Source of the DNA: Alkalispirochaeta sp.
GTDB lineage: Bacteria > Spirochaetota > Spirochaetia > DSM-27196 > Alkalispirochaetaceae
Direction: 5' to 3'
Length of the DNA: 64,000 nucleotides
Assembly (NCBI GenBank): GCA_965601925.1
Contig: OZ271854.1
Location: forward strand, 928,001 to 992,000
This document shows, piece by piece, positions 18,383-29,534 of this stretch. Both the position numbers and the translations under genes were made by a program. Below the pieces are notes generated by a model. That model was given only the letters and a program-made list of their open reading frames with translations, made no database searches and was not told the DNA's origin. How positions within the stretch are numbered: position 1 is the first letter of the stretch; every line of letters starts with the position of its first letter.

Positions 18383-20293
18383 GTGCGACGGATACTTGTT
18401 GCCTTTTCGATGCTGCTGGCCTTTTCGATGCTCGCAGTCGCCGGGGGACAGACCGATGAGCCGACCGGTAGCGCTGTTGATGCGGATCAGATCGAGGCAC
18501 AGATGCTGGCTTCCATGGTGGCGACCGGCGAACTACCACCCCTCGATGAGCGACTACCGAGCGATCCCATGGTCGTCGATGATATGCCGGACGGCGTCGG
18601 GTCTTTCGGCGGTACGATCAACAAGAACTGGCTGGGACCATCGAACGATCGCTGGGGTATGGCGAAGAACTCCGAAGAGTTCCTGGTAATGATCAGTCCC
18701 GACGGGTCCGGTGTCGTTCCGAATCTCGCCTACGAGATGGAGACTCTCGACGGGGCGCGGCGCTTTCGATTTCACCTCCGCGAAGGGCTCCGGTGGTCGG
18801 ACGGTGACGATTTTACCACCGAGGACGTCGTGTTCTTCTGGGAAGAGATCGTCCTCACCGAGCTGACCCGACCGGTCAATCCCGTCTTCTTTACCGGCGA
18901 CGATGAACGTTCACGCGTGGAGGTCGTCGACGACTATACTTTCGACATCGTACACGCCGAGCCGTACTATAACTTTCCGATCGAGTTCACAATGCAGATT
19001 CGGGAGTTCTTCTACCCGGCCCACTACGGTCGAACGATTCTGCCGGCCTTCATCGGTGAAGATGAGGCGCTACGGAACGCCCAGGCCGAGGGATTTGCGA
19101 ACCTCGATCAGTATCTGGCGGCCAAGACGTACTACTTTTGGGTGGAGTCCGACGTTCCGTCGATGCGCCCCTTCGTACCGGTCAACGATTCCAACTCCGC
19201 GATCTTCCGCACGGAGCGCAATCCGTACTACTGGAAGGTCGATCGCGACGGTCGCCAGCTGCCGTACGCCGACGGCATCAACTATCGTCTGGTTGAGGAT
19301 GTCGAGACGATAATCTTATCGGCGATCTCCGGTGAGCTCGATTTTCAGGACCGGCGCATCGAGGCCGACGCCTTTACCACCCTTATGGAGAATCGCGACC
19401 GCGGCGACTACGATCTGATTCGGTGGGTCGGCTCGGCCGGTTCGAATGCGAACATCGCCCTCAACCACGCGGTGCCAGATCCGGTTCTCCGAGACATTTT
19501 CACCGACGTGCGCTTTCGCCGCGCCCTCTCGGTCGCTGTGGATCGTCAAGAGCTGGTCGATCTCGTCACCGACGGACTGGCTATCCCGCGCCAGGCGTCG
19601 ATCCTCCCCGGCGGCGCCTACTACAGCGAGAGTTGGGAACGCGCCTATGCACAGTACGATCCCGACCTCGCCAACCGCCTTCTCGACGAGATGGGGCTGG
19701 AGTGGGACGAGAATCGCGAGTGGCGTCTGCGCCCCGACGGCGAGGTGCTGGAGGTCGTTATGACGATCCAGACGATACCCGGGGTCGCCAATCCGTATGA
19801 GATCATCGAGGACTACATCCGCCGCATCGGCGTGCGGTGGATCATTCGGCCGGTAGACCGCTCGCTGCGTGAGGATATTCTGCAACGCCGGGAGCACCAG
19901 GCGACGCACACCGATTTTCAGGGCTGGAACTTCATCGTGCGGCCCACCGCATACGTGCCGGTGCAGCCCGACGGTACGTGGCACGGCGGCTACTACGACT
20001 ACATCACCAGCGACGGCGCCGGCGGTATTGAGCCGGAGGGGGACGTCGCGGAGTTGATTGCGGTATGGGACGAGCTCGGCCAGACGCCCCTCGGCCCCGA
20101 GCGCGACGCCCTTGCCCGACGCATCGTCGGGCTCCACGAAGAAAATCTGTGGGTCATCGGCTACTACGGCGGGGCACCGGTCATCTCGGTATTCAGCGAT
20201 CGCCTCGGCAACCGCCCGCCCGACGGCCTCATCCACACCGATCCCCTGCGCTCCCCGCTGAATGCGCGACCCTTCATCTGGTATTTTAGGTAG
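18383..20293 (+). CDS. Family-5 (Opp/Dpp-type) ABC substrate-binding protein, probably for oligosaccharides
   Basis: GTG after GGGAGG; signal peptide; LPPLDERLP, LREGLRWSDG, ERNPYYWKVD..GRQLPY. Confidence 0.9.
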   Translation: MRRILVAFSMLLAFSMLAVAGGQTDEPTGSAVDADQIEAQMLASMVATGELPPLDERLPSDPMVVDDMPDGVGSFGGTINKNWLGPSNDRWGMAKNSEEFLVMISPDGSGVVPNLAYEMETLDGARRFRFHLREGLRWSDGDDFTTEDVVFFWEEIVLTELTRPVNPVFFTGDDERSRVEVVDDYTFDIVHAEPYYNFPIEFTMQIREFFYPAHYGRTILPAFIGEDEALRNAQAEGFANLDQYLAAKTYYFWVESDVPSMRPFVPVNDSNSAIFRTERNPYYWKVDRDGRQLPYADGINYRLVEDVETIILSAISGELDFQDRRIEADAFTTLMENRDRGDYDLIRWVGSAGSNANIALNHAVPDPVLRDIFTDVRFRRALSVAVDRQELVDLVTDGLAIPRQASILPGGAYYSESWERAYAQYDPDLANRLLDEMGLEWDENREWRLRPDGEVLEVVMTIQTIPGVANPYEIIEDYIRRIGVRWIIRPVDRSLREDILQRREHQATHTDFQGWNFIVRPTAYVPVQPDGTWHGGYYDYITSDGAGGIEPEGDVAELIAVWDELGQTPLGPERDALARRIVGLHEENLWVIGYYGGAPVISVFSDRLGNRPPDGLIHTDPLRSPLNARPFIWYFR

Positions 20294-20319
20294 GGCGGCG
20301 TCATACAACGGACCATGAT

Positions 20320-20345
20320 GATCGGCCCCGAAAATGGGGCCGATC
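20320..20345 (+). terminator. Intercistronic stem-loop after the SBP gene (partial terminator or mRNA stabiliser)
   Basis: GATCGGCCCC-GAAAAT-GGGGCCGATC perfect 10-bp stem. Confidence 0.6.
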
Positions 20346-20365
20346 GCGGGTGAGAGACGCGAAGT

Positions 20366-21361
20366 ATGCTGCAATTCATCGTTAAGCGCGTATTGATCAT
20401 GATTCCGACGCTCCTGTTGGTCTCGGTCATCTCGTTCTGGATCATTCAGCTCCCCCCGGGCGACTATGTAACGACCTACGCCGCCTCCCTGCGCGAGATG
20501 GGCGAGGAGGTCGACGCGGCGCGTATGGCGGCGCTCCGTGAGGAGTTGGGAATCGATCAGCCGTTCTTCCAGCAGTATTGGCGCTGGATAAGCGGCATCC
20601 TCTTTCGCGGCGATTGGGGCTTCTCGTTCGAATGGCGCGTGCGGGTCGGGCACCTGATTCAGAGTAGGATCGGCACGACGCTGATCCTGTCCCTCTCGAC
20701 GCTCCTCTTTACCTACGCCGTCGCCATTCCCATCGGTGTGTACAGCGCAACCCATCAGTATTCGGTCGGCGACTACGTCTTTACCTTTCTGGGATTTCTG
20801 GGTGTCGCTACGCCCAACTTTCTCTTCGCCCTGGTGCTCCTCTATCTCGCCTTCGAGTGGTTCGGGGTGAATCTCTCCGGTCTCTTCTCGCTGGAGTACA
20901 TGGATGCGCCGTGGAGTTGGGCACGGGTCTGGGATCTCATCAAGCATCTGCCCATCCCGATCGTCGTTATCGGTACCGCCGGTACGGCGAGCCTGATCCG
21001 CGTCATGCGGTCGCAGCTCCTCGATGAGATTCGCAAGCAGTACGTCATTACGGCGCGCTCGAAGGGTGTGGAGGAGCGCACACTCCTGTTCAAGTATCCG
21101 GTCCGCGCAGCGCTCAACCCCATCGTAAGCACCATCGGGTGGAGTCTCACCGGTATCTTCTCCGGCTCCACCATCACGGCAATCGTCCTCAACCTACAGA
21201 CCCAGGGGCCGCTGCTATATCGCGCCCTGCGAAGCCAGGATATGTACCTTGCCGGCGGTTTCCTACTCATTCTCGCGACCCTCACGGTCGTGGGAACGCT
21301 GCTCTCCGACATTCTGTTGGCGTGGCTCGATCCGCGGATCCGTTACGGGAGAAAGGCGTGA
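20366..21361 (+). CDS. ABC transporter permease (OppB-like)
   Basis: IQLPPGDY, YVITARSKG, SDILLAWLDPRIR. Confidence 0.93.
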   Translation: MLQFIVKRVLIMIPTLLLVSVISFWIIQLPPGDYVTTYAASLREMGEEVDAARMAALREELGIDQPFFQQYWRWISGILFRGDWGFSFEWRVRVGHLIQSRIGTTLILSLSTLLFTYAVAIPIGVYSATHQYSVGDYVFTFLGFLGVATPNFLFALVLLYLAFEWFGVNLSGLFSLEYMDAPWSWARVWDLIKHLPIPIVVIGTAGTASLIRVMRSQLLDEIRKQYVITARSKGVEERTLLFKYPVRAALNPIVSTIGWSLTGIFSGSTITAIVLNLQTQGPLLYRALRSQDMYLAGGFLLILATLTVVGTLLSDILLAWLDPRIRYGRKA

Positions 21362-22533
21362 TGCGGCTATGGCGGCGCGTAGCGGCCGCGCTCCCGTGGC
21401 GTCATCGGAGGAAGCGCATTGCACAGGAGGCGCTCCAACAGGAGCTGGGCGACGACTACTACCTCGCGAGCCAATGGACCCTCATGTGGCGCAAGTTTCG
21501 CAAGCACCGCCTCGCCAAAGCGTCCCTCGTGGTACTGGGCGTCTTCTATTTCATCGGTATCTTTGCGGAGTTTTTCGCCGTTCAGGGGTTGCGCACCTAC
21601 GACTCCCGCTTCACCTACGTGCCGCCCATGGGCATTCACTTTGTCCACCCTGAGCACGGATTTACGCTGCGCCCCTTCGTCTACGGGCTCAAGCAGGAGC
21701 GCGACCCCGAGACGCTGCGCCGTCATTACGTTGCCGATACGTCGGTGACCTATCGGGTGCGGTTCTTCACCCGCGGCGAGCCGTATCGGTTGTGGGGACT
21801 CATCCCGTGGGACGTCCACCTCTACGGCGCCGAAGGTGAGGGCCAAGTCTTTCTCCTGGGTACCGACAGTCTGGGGCGCGATCTCGTCTCGCGCCTCATC
21901 CACGGCGCCCGGATATCGCTCTCGATCGGCCTCGTCGGCGTTGCGATCAGCCTCGTCGTGGGCACGGTCATGGGATCGATCTCCGGCTTCTTCGGCGGCC
22001 TTGCGGATACGATCATCCAACGGATCGTCGAGGTACTGCGCTCGTTCCCGGAGATTCCGCTGTGGATGGCCTTGAGTGCGGCGCTGCCTCCGAACATGCC
22101 CCTCGTGCGGACGTACTTCCTCATCACCGTGATTCTTTCTCTTGTCGGCTGGACGGGCTTGGCGCGCGTCGTGCGCGGGAAGTTCATCTCCATGCGGGAG
22201 GAGGACTTTATAATGGCCGCCCAGGTAAGCGGGGCGACCGACGCACGGATCATACGGACGCATATGATTCCCGGTTTTATCAGCTATCTGTTGGTCGAGG
22301 TCTCCCTCGCCATTCCGCGGATGATTCTCGCCGAGACCTCCCTGAGTTTTCTCGGCCTCGGCTTGCGCTCGCCGGTGACGAGTTGGGGTGTTCTGTTGCA
22401 GGAGGCGCAGTCGGTACGCACCGTCTCGCTCTATCCGTGGCTTCTGATCCCGGTGATTCCCGTCATCATCACCGTGCTGGCGTTCAACTTTGTGGGAGAC
22501 GGTTTGCGCGACGCCGCCGACCCGTATGCGTGA
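21361..22533 (+). CDS. ABC transporter permease (OppC-like)
   Basis: LGTDSLGRD, LAETSLSFLGLG, FNFVGDGLRDAADPY; start trimmed to the ATG at 21361. Confidence 0.92.
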   Translation: MRLWRRVAAALPWRHRRKRIAQEALQQELGDDYYLASQWTLMWRKFRKHRLAKASLVVLGVFYFIGIFAEFFAVQGLRTYDSRFTYVPPMGIHFVHPEHGFTLRPFVYGLKQERDPETLRRHYVADTSVTYRVRFFTRGEPYRLWGLIPWDVHLYGAEGEGQVFLLGTDSLGRDLVSRLIHGARISLSIGLVGVAISLVVGTVMGSISGFFGGLADTIIQRIVEVLRSFPEIPLWMALSAALPPNMPLVRTYFLITVILSLVGWTGLARVVRGKFISMREEDFIMAAQVSGATDARIIRTHMIPGFISYLLVEVSLAIPRMILAETSLSFLGLGLRSPVTSWGVLLQEAQSVRTVSLYPWLLIPVIPVIITVLAFNFVGDGLRDAADPYA

Positions 22534-22542
22534 GGAGGATCG

Positions 22543-23596
<1,054 letters not shown>

Positions 23597-23604
<8 letters not shown>

Positions 23605-24679
23605 TCGCGTGTCGAGCGGCGAAGAACTCTTGCGTGTAACCGACCTTAAGAAGTACTTTCCCGTCCATTCCGGATTCTGGAATCGCGTCACCGGCCATGT
23701 GCGGGCGGTGGACGGCGTGAGCTTCACGGTGGAGCGCGGGGAGACGCTGGGCCTCGTCGGTGAGTCGGGGTGCGGCAAGACGACCCTCGGACGGTCGATC
23801 GTGCGTGGAATCGTCCCGACGAGCGGGGCAATCGAGTTTCGGACGCGATCCGACGAGGTTGTAGATCTTGCGGCTCTCTCGCGGAAGGAACTCCGGGGGT
23901 ACCGCAAAGACTTTCAGATGATCTTTCAAGATCCGTACTCCTCCCTCGACCCGCGGATGTCCGTGTACGACATCATCGCCGAACCGTTGAAAATTCATCG
24001 CTACGGCACACAGGTGGAGATTGAGGAGCGCGTGAAATACCTCGCGACGGTCGTCGGCCTCAAGATCGAACACCTGAAGCGGTATCCCCACGCCTTCTCC
24101 GGGGGGCAGCGTCAGCGGATCGGCGTCGCCCGCGCCCTCGCAACCAACCCGGCGCTCATCATCGCCGACGAGCCGGTGAGCGCCCTCGACGTCTCCATTC
24201 AGGCCCAGGTGCTCAACCTCCTCAAAGAGTTGCAGGATGAGTTCAATCTCACCTACCTCTTCGTGGCCCACGATCTCAGCGTCGTGGAGTACATCTGCGA
24301 CCGCGTGGCGGTCATGTATCTGGGCACGATTGTGGAACTCGCGCCGACACGCACCCTCTTTGCGATGCCCAAACACCCCTATACGGAGGCGTTGTTGTCC
24401 GCGGTGCCCAAGCCGCACCCCGATGGGGCGGGGAAGCGTGTCAGGCTCTCCGGCGAGGTACCCAGCCCGGCAGATCCACCCCCTGGATGCCGCTTCCATA
24501 CTCGATGCTCCTATGCGCGGGATATCTGCCGCCGTGAGGTGCCCGGTCTGGTGGAGATAGGTCCGGGACGACGAGTTGCCTGTCATTTTGCACGGGAACT
24601 CGGGCTCGCCGGCGTCCGTTCAACCGGCGTCGCGCACTACCGCCTGCCCGCCGACGCCTCAACGCCCGAGAATCTGTGA
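23597..24679 (+). CDS. ABC transporter ATP-binding protein (OppF-like)
   Basis: [40 protein letters not shown]. Confidence 0.95.
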
Positions 24680-24689
24680 GAGAGTACGT

Positions 24690-25706
24690 TCAGGTCGTGC
24701 TTCTTACGACGAGTCGCGGCTCCAGGACGACCGCCTCGGGCGTACGCCCTTCGTCGATACACTCCACGAGCATACGGAGGGCGCGCCCGCCCATCTCGTG
24801 AATCGGCTGCGCAACGGTCGAGAGCTCCACATTGTGCAAGCCGGCCCACGTGATGTCGTCGAAGCCGATCACCGCGACGTCGTCGGGAACGCGATACCCA
24901 AGCTCGGAGAGCGTTTGGATCGCCGCGATCGCCAAGTTGTCGTTTTCACAGAAGAGCGCCCGCGGCATACGCCGGTCCCGTTCGGCGCGGGTTATAAGAT
25001 CGGAGGCTCCCTCGCGGGTGAAGGGTCCGAGCATCACCCGCCGTGGATCGTACCGGTATCCCGCCGATTCCAGGGCGGCACGGTATCCGCGCCGTCGTTC
25101 CGCGCCGGTGACGGAGCCGCTTTCGGCCCCGATGAACGCGATTGAGTCGTAGCCGCGGGAGATAAGGTGCTCGGTCGCGATGTAGCCGCCGAGGACGTTA
25201 TCGATCGCAACGTAGCCCGAAGTCACCTCCTCCGGTACGCTCGATACGTAGACGGTCGGAACCTCCGGGGGTACCGCCTCGCGGTAGCGCTCCGCCGATC
25301 GTGAGACGGGCGCCAGAATGATACCGTCCACCCGATGCTCTATGAGCAGCTCCAAATACCGATCTTCACGTCGTCCGTCCCAGTCGCTCAAGCCCAACAG
25401 AACGCTGTAGTTCATCTCTTCGGCGGCGGCCTCTATGCCGGCGGCGACCTCGGGAAAGAAGGGATTGCGCAGGTCGGGAATGACGATACCGATGGTTCCG
25501 GTCTTACGCGCGATGAGGCCTCGAGCGATTGCGTTAGGACGATAGCGCATCTCTCGCGCCGCGGTGATGACGCGCTCGCGTGTCGCCATCTTGACGCCGT
25601 ACTTGTCGTTGAGCGCCCGCGAAACCGTCGAGTACGAGAGACCCAGTCGTTTGGCGATGTCCTTGATTGTCGTACTCCGAGCTTGTTCTCTCCGCGTGGC
25701 GCCCAC
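24690..25706 (-). CDS. LacI-family transcriptional regulator
   Basis: TIKDIAKRLGLSYSTVSRALN; VPDDVAVIGFDD; LSTVAQP. Confidence 0.95.
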   Translation of the reverse strand: MGATRREQARSTTIKDIAKRLGLSYSTVSRALNDKYGVKMATRERVITAAREMRYRPNAIARGLIARKTGTIGIVIPDLRNPFFPEVAAGIEAAAEEMNYSVLLGLSDWDGRREDRYLELLIEHRVDGIILAPVSRSAERYREAVPPEVPTVYVSSVPEEVTSGYVAIDNVLGGYIATEHLISRGYDSIAFIGAESGSVTGAERRRGYRAALESAGYRYDPRRVMLGPFTREGASDLITRAERDRRMPRALFCENDNLAIAAIQTLSELGYRVPDDVAVIGFDDITWAGLHNVELSTVAQPIHEMGGRALRMLVECIDEGRTPEAVVLEPRLVVRSTT

Positions 25707-25855
25707 TATACCCCCGACGACGGCCCTGTAACGTGCAAATCAGAGTGACAAACGGTCTCGGGGTTGTCAATGAACGGAAATCGGCGGCCGAGCGTCTGCA
25801 AAGGCCGCACCCGACATGTCGTCATGCTACGGGCATCTTCCGGCCGGCGGGACAC

Positions 25856-26680
25856 CTATGATCGAGGAGCAAAGAAATCGGTGAGCCGAGCCAACAGCTC
25901 ATCGGGACGTTCCTCGATTACCAGGTGTCCGGCGTCGGCAATTGAATGAAACGCCGAGCCGGGTATCATTCCGGCCAGCGTTCTACCCCGCTCGATCGGT
26001 ATCCACGTATCGTCCTCACCCCACACGATCAAAACCGGTACCTCGATGTCGCGATATCGAGGCTCGACCTCCAGGGTGTATCGCACGTCGGCTTGGGCGA
26101 TCTGTCGATAAAACGCGCCCTTACCGTCGGCGGAGAGCCACGGGAGAACGGTACGAGCCACAACCTCCGGCGCCGGAGGTACGTGGGCGGCGTCACCGAC
26201 GTAGGCGCGAACGACGGCTTCGTGAATGTAGTCGGGAAGTCCGGAAAAGGCGTCTTCGTGTTTCTGCACATGTCGAAAGAAGGGCGAACCCCACGGCGAG
26301 ACGGCCACCGGATCGATGAGAGCGATCTTACCGAAAGTCAGCCCGTTGAGGATAAGTCCGCGAAGGACCGTCGCACCGCCGAAATCGTGACCGACCGCAT
26401 ACGGAGAGGAGAGGCCCCAGTGGGCAATCAGACGAGCCAAAAGCTCATTCTGCACGCCGAGCGAGACGTCGCCCGGACGCTTGTCCGACTCCCCGTACCC
26501 GACCATGTCGTAAAAAAAGACGGTGAAGTCGCGCGAGAGGCCGCGTATGAGGTGTCGCAGATTGTACGAAGACCACGGTGTACCGTGAACGATCACCAGT
26601 GGTCTTCCGGACCCGATAACACCGTAGCGCACTTCACGACCGTCGAAATCGTAGAGATCGTCGACTACCCAATCCGTCAA
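25856..26680 (-). CDS. Alpha/beta-fold hydrolase
   Basis: HGTPWSS, GYGESD, GHDFGG nucleophile elbow, WGEDD, AGH. Confidence 0.9.
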   Translation of the reverse strand: MTDWVVDDLYDFDGREVRYGVIGSGRPLVIVHGTPWSSYNLRHLIRGLSRDFTVFFYDMVGYGESDKRPGDVSLGVQNELLARLIAHWGLSSPYAVGHDFGGATVLRGLILNGLTFGKIALIDPVAVSPWGSPFFRHVQKHEDAFSGLPDYIHEAVVRAYVGDAAHVPPAPEVVARTVLPWLSADGKGAFYRQIAQADVRYTLEVEPRYRDIEVPVLIVWGEDDTWIPIERGRTLAGMIPGSAFHSIADAGHLVIEERPDELLARLTDFFAPRS

Positions 26681-26823
26681 GAGAAAACCTCCCGCAGCAA
26701 CTCCATGCTCTCGCCGTATCGGTGGAAAGGTACCTACTCAGCCAAGAAAAAACCAACGGCGACACCTGGTAGTCGGATGTTCGTAATGTGACGTCGCCTG
26801 TGTACGCTGCTATAGTATAGCGT

Positions 26824-27177
26824 ATGGGCATCTTCAGGCCGACGACGCTATCGGCGCGGGATACACGGTCCATCGTCGAAAAAAAGCTCCACTGGATTCT
26901 TTCGGCGTGCGATCCCTTTGCGGTGTGGCTCTTCGGATCGGCTGCGAGAGGCTCAATGACCGAGGCGTCGGACGTCGACCTTGCTGTCGTTTTCGAGGAC
27001 GAGCACACCCTCGTTACGTCGAGACAAAGACTGCATACCGCACCTCGCATCGATGAATGGCCGCACGACATCGTCTTTTTTGTTGCCGAAGATCTCGTGG
27101 AACGATCTCGGATAGGAGGGCTTCCGATGCTTATCGTCGAGGAAGGCAGAAAAATATACCAGCGAGAGAGGTCATGA
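26824..27177 (+). CDS. Minimal nucleotidyltransferase (MNT), putative antitoxin
   Basis: WLFGSAARG.....SDVDLAVV (GS-x10-DxD). Confidence 0.85.
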   Translation: MGIFRPTTLSARDTRSIVEKKLHWILSACDPFAVWLFGSAARGSMTEASDVDLAVVFEDEHTLVTSRQRLHTAPRIDEWPHDIVFFVAEDLVERSRIGGLPMLIVEEGRKIYQRERS

Positions 27178-27590
27178 GTCCCAAGCATCAGGAACGTCGC
27201 TTTGCGAAGGGGTATGCCGAAACGCTTCTTCGCATAGCTGAAGGGGACTTTCGTACCGCGCGATTCGCCCAAACGGGTGTGCCCGACGGAGAGGTGCGGC
27301 CGGAGAACGTTCTGTTCTTGTACCAACAATCGATCGAGAAATTGCTGAAGGCCGTCCTCTGCCATCTCGAGCTTCCCGTACCGATGGTGCACGATCTTGG
27401 GGTGCTCTTGGCGAAGCTTCCGGAGGACACGCAGCCGGCCGTCGGATACGAAATCGCTCGCCTTAACGACTTTGCCGGCGTACGGCGTTACGAGGAGGGC
27501 TCTATTCTTTATGAACCGGAAGACATCGACGATGCGCGCGGGCTCTCAGAAGAGCTGCTCGCATGGGCACGGTCGGTCATCTCGTCGTGA
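27174..27590 (+). CDS. HEPN-domain protein, partner of MNT
   Basis: ATGA overlap with MNT; QQSIEKLLKAVL, P.VHDL..LL, RY; start trimmed to 27174. Confidence 0.85.
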   Translation: MSPKHQERRFAKGYAETLLRIAEGDFRTARFAQTGVPDGEVRPENVLFLYQQSIEKLLKAVLCHLELPVPMVHDLGVLLAKLPEDTQPAVGYEIARLNDFAGVRRYEEGSILYEPEDIDDARGLSEELLAWARSVISS

Positions 27591-27597
27591 CGATCCT

Positions 27598-28773
27598 CTA
27601 CGAGGGAACGGCAACCTCTTCGCCGCGACGCTCCGCAGATAGGTAGGCGCCGTATACTACCGCGACCGTATCGGCTCCCAGGGCGCTGTCGCTCTCTACC
27701 GGCTCCCCGGTTGATGCGGCGCGGTAAAACGCCTCCATTTCGTGTTGGTAGCCGGTAAACCAGTCCTCGTCCGGGCTGGTAAAGGCCCATCCCTGTTTGG
27801 TTCCGGTCTTTTCCACGACGTAGATGTCGGCAAACTGCTCCTCGCGAGGGTTGTAGGTCTGCATCGCCGTGTTGGGGTTAATGTTGCAGATCGTCCGATG
27901 GTTGTCGGCGTGCACTTCGAGCCGGTTGGAGACGCCGCCGTGGACGAGCTCGTTGGCAAAGATGTCGGCAACCGTCCCATCATCAAAGACGACGTGGAGT
28001 GCCCCGAAGTCTTCGACATCGGTGTAGCCGGTACGGAGGAACCCCGTGTCTCGGTAGGCGGGAAGGCGCGTGATCGAGTGTACGCGCGCCGACACCGACC
28101 GAGGACGAATCGCACGTCCCGAGCCGGTACGACCTTCTACCCGCTTGAGATACAACGCGGCCGTAAGAGGGTGCACCGCCTTCCCCATCACCGATCCGCC
28201 GCCCGAGTGCTGCCAGACGCCGTAGGTGGGGCTGTGCGAGCCGGAGTGCGCTTGCAGGCCGTGCATCCACAAGATTTGGGCACCCGTCTTCTCGATGATC
28301 TCACGCTCTTTTTGTATCGCCGGGGCGTAGACCCAGTTTTCGGCGTAGAGAACGCGCCCTCTGCTCGTCGCCTCGGCCGCGCCGATACGGCGAACGCTCT
28401 CCATTGCCGTACGTAAACCCGCTTCCCGCGAAAAGGTATCGCCGTCGAGATCGCCGCCGCCGAAGTAGCCGGTGTACGGTTTCTCCACGACAGCGTCTCG
28501 ATCGGCGTCGAGCGCCGTTATCGCCAGCACCTCGTGGGTCGCCGGGGGTGTACAGATGTGGACGACGTCCGCGCGCTCGATGACGGCATCCGGAGAATCG
28601 TACGCCGTAAGGCCGTGCTCGGCGGCGAATCGCTCGCGGCTCTCCTTCGTCGGCGAGTAGATGCCGGATACATCTACCGTAACGCCGTACACGCGGCGCA
28701 AGGCGTTGAGGTGGAACGCCGCGGCAAAGCCGCTTCCCATGATTCCCGCTCGAATCGTCCGTTTTGTGCTCAT
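27598..28773 (-). CDS. Gfo/Idh/MocA oxidoreductase
   Basis: GSGFAAAFH, VVEKP, YAENWVYAP, HSGSHS. Confidence 0.88.
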   Translation of the reverse strand: MSTKRTIRAGIMGSGFAAAFHLNALRRVYGVTVDVSGIYSPTKESRERFAAEHGLTAYDSPDAVIERADVVHICTPPATHEVLAITALDADRDAVVEKPYTGYFGGGDLDGDTFSREAGLRTAMESVRRIGAAEATSRGRVLYAENWVYAPAIQKEREIIEKTGAQILWMHGLQAHSGSHSPTYGVWQHSGGGSVMGKAVHPLTAALYLKRVEGRTGSGRAIRPRSVSARVHSITRLPAYRDTGFLRTGYTDVEDFGALHVVFDDGTVADIFANELVHGGVSNRLEVHADNHRTICNINPNTAMQTYNPREEQFADIYVVEKTGTKQGWAFTSPDEDWFTGYQHEMEAFYRAASTGEPVESDSALGADTVAVVYGAYLSAERRGEEVAVPS

Positions 28774-28828
28774 GAGCGATGATCCCCTATGCCGTCGTGC
28801 GGCCTCCGTCTTTCATCGTGACGCACCC

Positions 28829-29287
28829 CTATCGACCGTTTCGGTAGCTCACGGGGCGAAATCCGTCGGCGTCCACTACATGAGTATCGGCGCCCGCGAC
28901 GCGGTCGGTATTTTGACAACTTACGATACGAAACCCGTCGTCTCGCCGATGGGCGACGACGCTGATGACCGCCACACGCGTCCCGGTCGATCCGCCGTCG
29001 GGCCCCGTTTGTCCGTCCAGGGTGGACACGGTGTGCACGATATGCACATCCGGGGAGAGCTCTCGTACCTTCAACTCGACCAGTTGAAGCGTAGCGTTCC
29101 GAAAGATCCGCTCAAATCCGTACGCGTGAGCCTTGCGAATTGCGCGTCGGTCGCGCCACCACAGGCCGACGACGTTCACGAAATCGGCATCCTCGACGAA
29201 CAGCTCGCCCAGCCCCTCGGCGTCTCCTCGGTTCCAGCGGTCAAAAAAGGCGCGCGTCACCGCCTCGCCGTCCTGAAAACGAGCCAC
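28829..29287 (-). CDS. NTF2-like (SgcJ/EcaC, DUF4440) protein
   Basis: GTG after AAGGAGG; WNRGDAEGLGELFVEDADFVNVVG.WW..R.AI..AH, CQNT. Confidence 0.8.
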   Translation of the reverse strand: MARFQDGEAVTRAFFDRWNRGDAEGLGELFVEDADFVNVVGLWWRDRRAIRKAHAYGFERIFRNATLQLVELKVRELSPDVHIVHTVSTLDGQTGPDGGSTGTRVAVISVVAHRRDDGFRIVSCQNTDRVAGADTHVVDADGFRPVSYRNGR

Positions 29288-29534
29288 GTCGTCCTCCTTG
29301 TCGATGCTCGCCGGCCATCCCACCGCCCGCCGTACGAGGACTCCGGGTGTAAAGCCGCCACGAGTGCGCAAACTCGCGATAGCGGATATCACCCTCAAAG
29401 CACTGACGTCGATCATACCACGCAACGCCGCGAGAAGGGTCAACCACAATCTATCGGCGGCGGGCGCGGTACGCGGAGTGTCTTGCCCGCGATGTATTAC
29501 ATGCGACGGCTCACCGCCGCCACATGCAGCGGAC

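Noticed and set aside
19316..20947. 543-aa minus-strand ORF and many similar long antisense ORFs (e.g. 395-1027, 9865-10908, 54289-55464)
   Set aside because: They are shadow ORFs opposite well-supported genes in high-GC DNA and show no family motifs.
29288..29534. Intergenic gaps here and at 31266-31485 as possible small genes or sRNAs
   Set aside because: No convincing RBS, motif or stable structure was seen.
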